In this document: positions 58,061 to 64,000 of the stretch, piece after piece
Position numbering within the stretch: the first letter of the stretch is position 1
Layout: each line of letters starts with the position of its first letter
Notes under the pieces: model-generated
Databases searched by the model: none
What the model saw: the letters and a program-made list of their open reading frames with translations, nothing else
Told to the model about the DNA's origin: nothing
Assembly: GCA_001823065.1 (NCBI GenBank)
Contig: MHTJ01000002.1
Location: 156,320-220,319 of the forward strand
Length of the DNA: 64,000 nucleotides
Reading direction: 5' to 3'
From: Candidatus Vogelbacteria bacterium RIFOXYD1_FULL_44_32
GTDB lineage: Bacteria; Patescibacteriota; Minisyncoccia; Phycocordibacterales; XYD1-FULL-46-19
Made by a program: the position numbers and the translations under genes

Positions 58061-59518
58061 ATGAAAATTGCAGCTATATCACAATTTAAAAAATTTAAGG
58101 TTAAATTTTGGCCAAGTGGTTGGTTGGGGTCAACAGGGAAGGTGGTGATGTTCATTTTATTTTTTATTTTAGTGCCTAATATTGGGCTGGCGGCACCGGC
58201 GATGACAGAGTATAAATTAAATAGTGGCTCAAGTGATGTGCGTCTAAACCCAAGTCGGGGTGATACGGTGGCTATCTCTTTAACGGCAGATACGGCGGTC
58301 AAGTTTAATACCATTGCACTTTGTTTAACTACTGATGCCACCTGCTCGCGTACCACGGCGGCTAAATATTTTAGCCAAACCAACAGCTATAGTACGGCTG
58401 TCAGTAAAGTGTGGGATGGTAAAAAAAGTTCCGGGGAGGCTGTGGATGCGGGAGATTATAAGGTAAAAGTAACAATGGCCGTGGAGGGGGTAGCCGAAAC
58501 CTCTTTTGTTGAGCTTAGTTTACCACTGATTATTGTTGACCCAAGTTATACTGGCGGGGCTGGTGACGATGGAACTGACGGGGAAGATGATGGTGGAAGC
58601 GATATTGGCAACGAAGCCGGCGGGAACCCGGCTGGGGGTAATTCTGACAGTAGCTCTGGTTCAAGTGCCTCAAGTTATTCGGCCCATAACAGCCCCACGG
58701 CGGCCAAAGTTAGTAAAGTTGCTAAAACCAGTGAGCTGTCGGCGGGCCGACCCAGGCTCGCGGTCGTAAATTCGCCAGTAACTTTTGAAGTGCCAGAATT
58801 AAGCAAATTTGCGGTGGCTAAATTAAAGTGGTCATTTGGGGATGGTGTTTCGGTCCGCGGTCGTAAAGCGGAACATATCTATCGCCAGCCGGGAGACTAT
58901 GTGGTAGTTCTTAATGCTAAAAGCGACGAGGGAGAGGAAGTGGCGCGGACAACAGTTAAAGTAATACCGGCTACTTTTACTATTAACTGTGCGACTAGTA
59001 AAGAATTTAATATTACCAATAGTGGTGCTTATGAAATGAATCTGGGAGGCTGGCGTTTAAAACAAGAGCAAAATAATTTCACCATTGCTATTGATACGAT
59101 TTTACTGCCGGGTAGCACTCTGATTTTTGATTCAACTCTACTAGGTTTTACTATTAATACTGAAAATTATATCGAGTTTGTCGCTCCCAATGGGGCAGTT
59201 GCTGGTGGCTGTCGTGGGGGCCAACCCTTGGTTAATAGTAATAAAGCAGATTTAGTCCCTAAAATAGAAATAGATTCAGAAACAGAAATTGTGGTGGAAA
59301 AACTGGCAACAACCAAGGAAACAATAGTGAAAGAGGTTGAAGAGGTTGAAGAACCAGCTGACTCTAAAATTATTGCTACTAAAAAAATAACTCAAACCGC
59401 TTCAGCCAGCCAAGCGGGTGAAGTGCTAGTCCTAAAGCGTCCGTCGGGCAATTTCTTTAGTCGAATCTTAAATTGGCCGTCAACTGTAAAGCGGGCGGTA
59501 GTTGATTTAATAAGATAA
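58061..59518 (+). CDS. Secreted protein with PKD-like and LTD-like domains.
   Basis: WSFGDGVSVRGRKAEHIYRQPGDYVVVL (PKD) and FNITNSGAYEMNLGGWRLKQEQNNFTI (LTD). Confidence 0.55.
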   Translation: MKIAAISQFKKFKVKFWPSGWLGSTGKVVMFILFFILVPNIGLAAPAMTEYKLNSGSSDVRLNPSRGDTVAISLTADTAVKFNTIALCLTTDATCSRTTAAKYFSQTNSYSTAVSKVWDGKKSSGEAVDAGDYKVKVTMAVEGVAETSFVELSLPLIIVDPSYTGGAGDDGTDGEDDGGSDIGNEAGGNPAGGNSDSSSGSSASSYSAHNSPTAAKVSKVAKTSELSAGRPRLAVVNSPVTFEVPELSKFAVAKLKWSFGDGVSVRGRKAEHIYRQPGDYVVVLNAKSDEGEEVARTTVKVIPATFTINCATSKEFNITNSGAYEMNLGGWRLKQEQNNFTIAIDTILLPGSTLIFDSTLLGFTINTENYIEFVAPNGAVAGGCRGGQPLVNSNKADLVPKIEIDSETEIVVEKLATTKETIVKEVEEVEEPADSKIIATKKITQTASASQAGEVLVLKRPSGNFFSRILNWPSTVKRAVVDLIR

Positions 59519-59660
59519 ATTATTAATAAATGAAAAATTTTACTTCAGGATTTTGGAAAATGGTGGCGGGTTTCATTTTTATTATTGTCATGGGTTTGTT
59601 GGTAATGACCAGTGTATCCTGGTATGAGAACTACCGGGGTAGGGGGCCAACTGTAAATTT

Positions 59661-59828
59661 TGACATCATAAATACTTTCTGCTAAAGTAGTGCCTAACGC
59701 CGTAGACATTAGGCAAGGGGTAAGTAGCCCACTTAAGTCCTAATTAGGTCCCAACTTCAAACCCTGTTCTAAATGAGCAGGCGGGAGGTCGAACGTCCGG
59801 CGGCTAATAGCCGTTTTTATTTTACAAT
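59661..59828 (+). promoter_or_regulatory. Promoter (TTGACA, 17-nt spacer, TAAAGT) plus a structured rplJ leader (candidate L10 autoregulatory leader).
   Basis: ttgacatcataaatactttctgctaaagt, followed by a ~140-nt GC-rich leader before the rplJ ATG. Confidence 0.45.
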
Positions 59829-60326
59829 ATGGCTTTATCACGAGAAAAAAAATCAATCATTCTCACTCAATTGAAGGGAGTGGCTAAAGAGGCCAAGTCT
59901 ATTACTTTTGTTAATTTTCACGGTTTGACTGTGACCAAAGCCGATGAATTGCGCAAAAGTCTACGCCTGGTTGGGGTGGGTTATGCGGTGGCTAAAAAAA
60001 CTTTGGTCCGTATGGCTTTAGGCGGAGTAAATATCGCAGGGGAGTTGCCAAACTTGCCTGGCGAAATTGCGGTGGCCTATTCCACGTCCGACCTGTTGGC
60101 CCCAGCCAAAGGGGTGTATGATTTCGGTAAAAAATATCCCAATACCGTGTCTATTGTTGGCGGGGTGTTTGAGGGTAAGTTTATGGACGAAGGGACAATG
60201 GTCGCGATTGCTAAAATTCCGGGGCGGGAGATTTTGCTTGGTCAATTGGCTAATATGCTAAATTGGCCGATTCAGGGTTTGGTTATAGCTTTAGACCAGA
60301 TTGCACTGGCTAAAGAAAGTAAATAA
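59829..60326 (+). CDS. rplJ: 50S ribosomal protein L10.
   Basis: MALSREKKSIILTQLKGVAKEAKSITFVNFHGLTVTKADELRKSLR. Confidence 0.9.
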   Translation: MALSREKKSIILTQLKGVAKEAKSITFVNFHGLTVTKADELRKSLRLVGVGYAVAKKTLVRMALGGVNIAGELPNLPGEIAVAYSTSDLLAPAKGVYDFGKKYPNTVSIVGGVFEGKFMDEGTMVAIAKIPGREILLGQLANMLNWPIQGLVIALDQIALAKESK

Positions 60327-60360
60327 TCAGCTTAAAATTAAAAAATAAATTAAAAGAAAT

Positions 60361-60837
60361 ATGGACGAACAGAAAGATATCCAAACAGAAGAAGTGGCTA
60401 CTAATCCAGTAGTCGAGGAAGCGCCGGTGGTTTCGGCTCCAGCCAAGGATGACGAGCCATTGGTCGTGCCTGCCAAGTTTAAGGACTTGATCGAACAGAT
60501 TGACACTATGAGCGTACTAGAACTTCATGAATTGGTTAAGGTATTTGAAAAGAAGTTTGGGGTGTCGGCTCAAGCCACGGTTGTGGCCGGCGGGGCTGGA
60601 TCGGAGGCTGGGGCGGTGGCAGAAAAGAGCTCATTTACAGTTGAGCTGACAGCAGCTGGTGATCAGAAAGTGCAAGTGATTAAAGCTATTAAAGAAGCTT
60701 TAGGGCTTGGTTTAAAAGAAGCTAAAGATTTGGTTGACGCGGCCCCATCTGTTTTAAAGGAGGGGGTTAAGAAAGAAGAAGCCGAAGCGATGAAAAAGGC
60801 CATTGAAACGGCTGGAGGAAAAGTTGAGCTTAAATAG
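60361..60837 (+). CDS. rplL: 50S ribosomal protein L7/L12.
   Basis: C-terminal [23 protein letters not shown] ... KVELK. Terminator follows at 60864-60899. Confidence 0.9.
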   Translation: MDEQKDIQTEEVATNPVVEEAPVVSAPAKDDEPLVVPAKFKDLIEQIDTMSVLELHELVKVFEKKFGVSAQATVVAGGAGSEAGAVAEKSSFTVELTAAGDQKVQVIKAIKEALGLGLKEAKDLVDAAPSVLKEGVKKEEAEAMKKAIETAGGKVELK

Positions 60838-60953
60838 GTTTGTGGTCAAAAAGATGCCGGTTTAAACACCCGGCCCGACGCAGTCGGGCCGGGTGTTTGT
60901 CTATCTGATTACTTGTGCTATATTTTGTCCAATACTAGCTAGAATCTAATGGG

Positions 60954-61547
60954 ATGGAAATTTTAGAAAAACTGTTTGATAGTAAACACCGGGTTAAACT
61001 TTTACGTCTTTTTCTCTTTAATCCGGAAGTGGTTTTTGATCGAGTCGAAATTCTTAAACGGAGTAAGGTGCCAGCTTTGGCTATTCGACGGGAATTGGCG
61101 CTTTTAGTGGGGGTGGGATTGATAAAGCAAAAACGAGCCACGGTGGTGAGAAATGGTCGACGTAAGACAGTCCAAGGCTGGGAATTAGACCCGTCGTTTC
61201 CTTTGTCACAAAATTTACGAAGTCTACTAAATACTGATTTTTTACGCCGCAAAACCGATATTATTAAGCGCTTTAGGAATTGTGGGCGGGTTAAGCTGTT
61301 GGTGGTTTCGGGGGTGTTTTTAAATGAGGACGACCAACGGCTCGATATTCTTTTAGTGGGTGACCATTTAAAAAAAGTGATAATTGAAAAAAATGTGCGC
61401 TCAATTGAAGCCGAAGTTGGCCGTGAGCTCAATTATGCCATGCTTGAAACCGAAGATTTTCTTTATCGAGTTGGCACAAGTGATCGTTTTGTTCGTGATA
61501 TTTTTGACTACCCGCACGAGCGCATGATCGACAAACTCACTTTTTAG
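60954..61547 (+). CDS. Hypothetical protein (possible wHTH regulator).
   Basis: 197 aa with an N-terminal helix-turn-helix-like segment. No conserved motif. Confidence 0.35.
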   Translation: MEILEKLFDSKHRVKLLRLFLFNPEVVFDRVEILKRSKVPALAIRRELALLVGVGLIKQKRATVVRNGRRKTVQGWELDPSFPLSQNLRSLLNTDFLRRKTDIIKRFRNCGRVKLLVVSGVFLNEDDQRLDILLVGDHLKKVIIEKNVRSIEAEVGRELNYAMLETEDFLYRVGTSDRFVRDIFDYPHERMIDKLTF

Positions 61548-61682
61548 TGTGAATTGGTCACCCCCGCCTGGGTTAATTTGGGGTTGACCAAACGGCTCGA
61601 TTTTGTGGTATTATTTAGGTAGATTAGATTATAAATTAGCGGGTCGAATTTAGTGCTTAATCAATAAGTCAGTTTAAATCAT

Positions 61683-62372
61683 ATGTTGTTACAAAATTGG
61701 AGTGATGTTCTTGTCACTTCGTTTCAAGATTTATGGACGGATATTATCGCTTATGTACCTAATATCCTAGTGTCCATCGTAATTTTTATTGTTGGTTGGG
61801 TTTTTGCGACTTTGGTCAGCAAGTGGATTTCTAGTCTCGTTCGTTCACTTAAATTAGACACAGTTTTGCAAAGTTTGGGCGTGCAGGATTTGGTCAATCG
61901 GGCAGGCTATCGTTTAGATACAGGAGCTTTTATTGGCGCCTTGATCAAACTGTTTGTCATTGTCGTCTTTTTGATTGCGGCTTTAGATGTGCTTGGTCTC
62001 GATCAAATCAATGAATTTTTGAAAATTGTGGTGGCCTCGTATATTCCCAATGTTATTGCGGCAGCTATTATCCTACTAATTGCGGCGGTCATTGCTGATG
62101 TCTTGCGCAATATTGTAGTTGGTTCGGCCAAAGCCGCCGGGGTAATGTACGCGGATCTATTGGGTGGAATTACCAAGTGGGCGATTTGGATTTTTGCGAT
62201 CCTCGCCGCTTTCAATCAGCTAAATATTGGCGCAGTCTTTGCTCAGACTCTATTTACTGGTTTGGTGGCCATGCTCGCGCTGGCGGGTGGTCTCGCCTTT
62301 GGTCTTGGTGGTCGGGAAGCAGCAGCCCGCTATTTGGAGAAACTAAGACTAGACATTTCAGACCGTAAATAA
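61683..62372 (+). CDS. Polytopic membrane protein, hypothetical.
   Basis: 4-5 transmembrane helices. Terminator-like hairpins follow at 62402-62436 and 62527-62556. Confidence 0.4.
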   Translation: MLLQNWSDVLVTSFQDLWTDIIAYVPNILVSIVIFIVGWVFATLVSKWISSLVRSLKLDTVLQSLGVQDLVNRAGYRLDTGAFIGALIKLFVIVVFLIAALDVLGLDQINEFLKIVVASYIPNVIAAAIILLIAAVIADVLRNIVVGSAKAAGVMYADLLGGITKWAIWIFAILAAFNQLNIGAVFAQTLFTGLVAMLALAGGLAFGLGGREAAARYLEKLRLDISDRK

Positions 62373-62709
62373 AGGGTTTTTCTGGTTTTTGGTTAATAGA
62401 AAAAAGGTGTCAGGTTATAACTTGACGCCTTTTTTCTTTAGTATATAATACCCCTTGTCAGATATGATAAATAAAGTAAACCCAAAAACCAGGCGGAAAC
62501 CGTAGCTTGTATTTAGCTGGTGCTACTTTCTACCGCCTTCAGGCGGTTTATTTTTTCCAGACATGAGAGAACTTTGACAACAAAACCCTGCCACGATATC
62601 GACTTTTCCGTCTATAGGATAGATGGAAGGGGTCTTTTCAAATATCGGAGGCAGAATAGGTAGAAACATTGTGTTTTGAAAGTAATTAAAGAAAGTGGTT
62701 TTTAAATTT

Positions 62710-64000
<1,291 letters not shown>

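Noticed and set aside
59530-59655. A 41-aa small hydrophobic ORF upstream of the rplJ promoter.
   Set aside because: It is possibly real as a small membrane peptide. It has no ribosome-binding site or conservation evidence and is too short to call with confidence.

Overview
This window looks like a streamlined, gene-dense chromosomal segment of a Candidate Phyla Radiation (Patescibacteria/Parcubacteria-like) bacterium. Genes are short and tightly packed, with many tRNAs and translation or housekeeping genes. Recognised genes include ruvX, an ECF sigma factor, rplS, secE, nusG, rplK, rplJ, rplL, rpsF, ssb, rpsR, efp, recA, ftsK, recO, argS, ileS, glyQS, metG, tatD, a thyA-folA-glyA-dut-dCMP-deaminase cluster, and a CsoR-CopA copper operon. 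A partial 23S rRNA with expansion insertions starts near 62.7 kb and runs off the window; no 16S is present. I see no CRISPR array, integrase, transposase or reverse transcriptase. The most unusual signal is at two tRNA loci, where a complete tRNA is nested between a tRNA-like 5' half and a tRNA-like 3' half. At 1.85-2.40 kb the inner tRNA-Ser(TGA) sits beside a GIY-YIG nuclease ORF, and the pair is bracketed by a 40-nt hairpin-forming direct repeat located exactly at the outer anticodon loop. At 3.86-4.05 kb the inner tRNA-Arg(TCT) is flanked by halves whose acceptor-stem substitutions co-vary. This pattern fits intron-bearing or split tRNA genes whose intervening sequence carries another tRNA and a homing-type nuclease. 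It could also be a tRNA-targeted mobile cassette. Other notable points are a histidine-phosphatase (RHG) domain inserted inside IleRS, a GrpB/NlpC-P60 fusion protein, an orphan 1337-aa protein, structured non-coding regions after tRNA-Leu and tRNA-His, a candidate CsoR operator, and a cluster of secreted cell-surface proteins.
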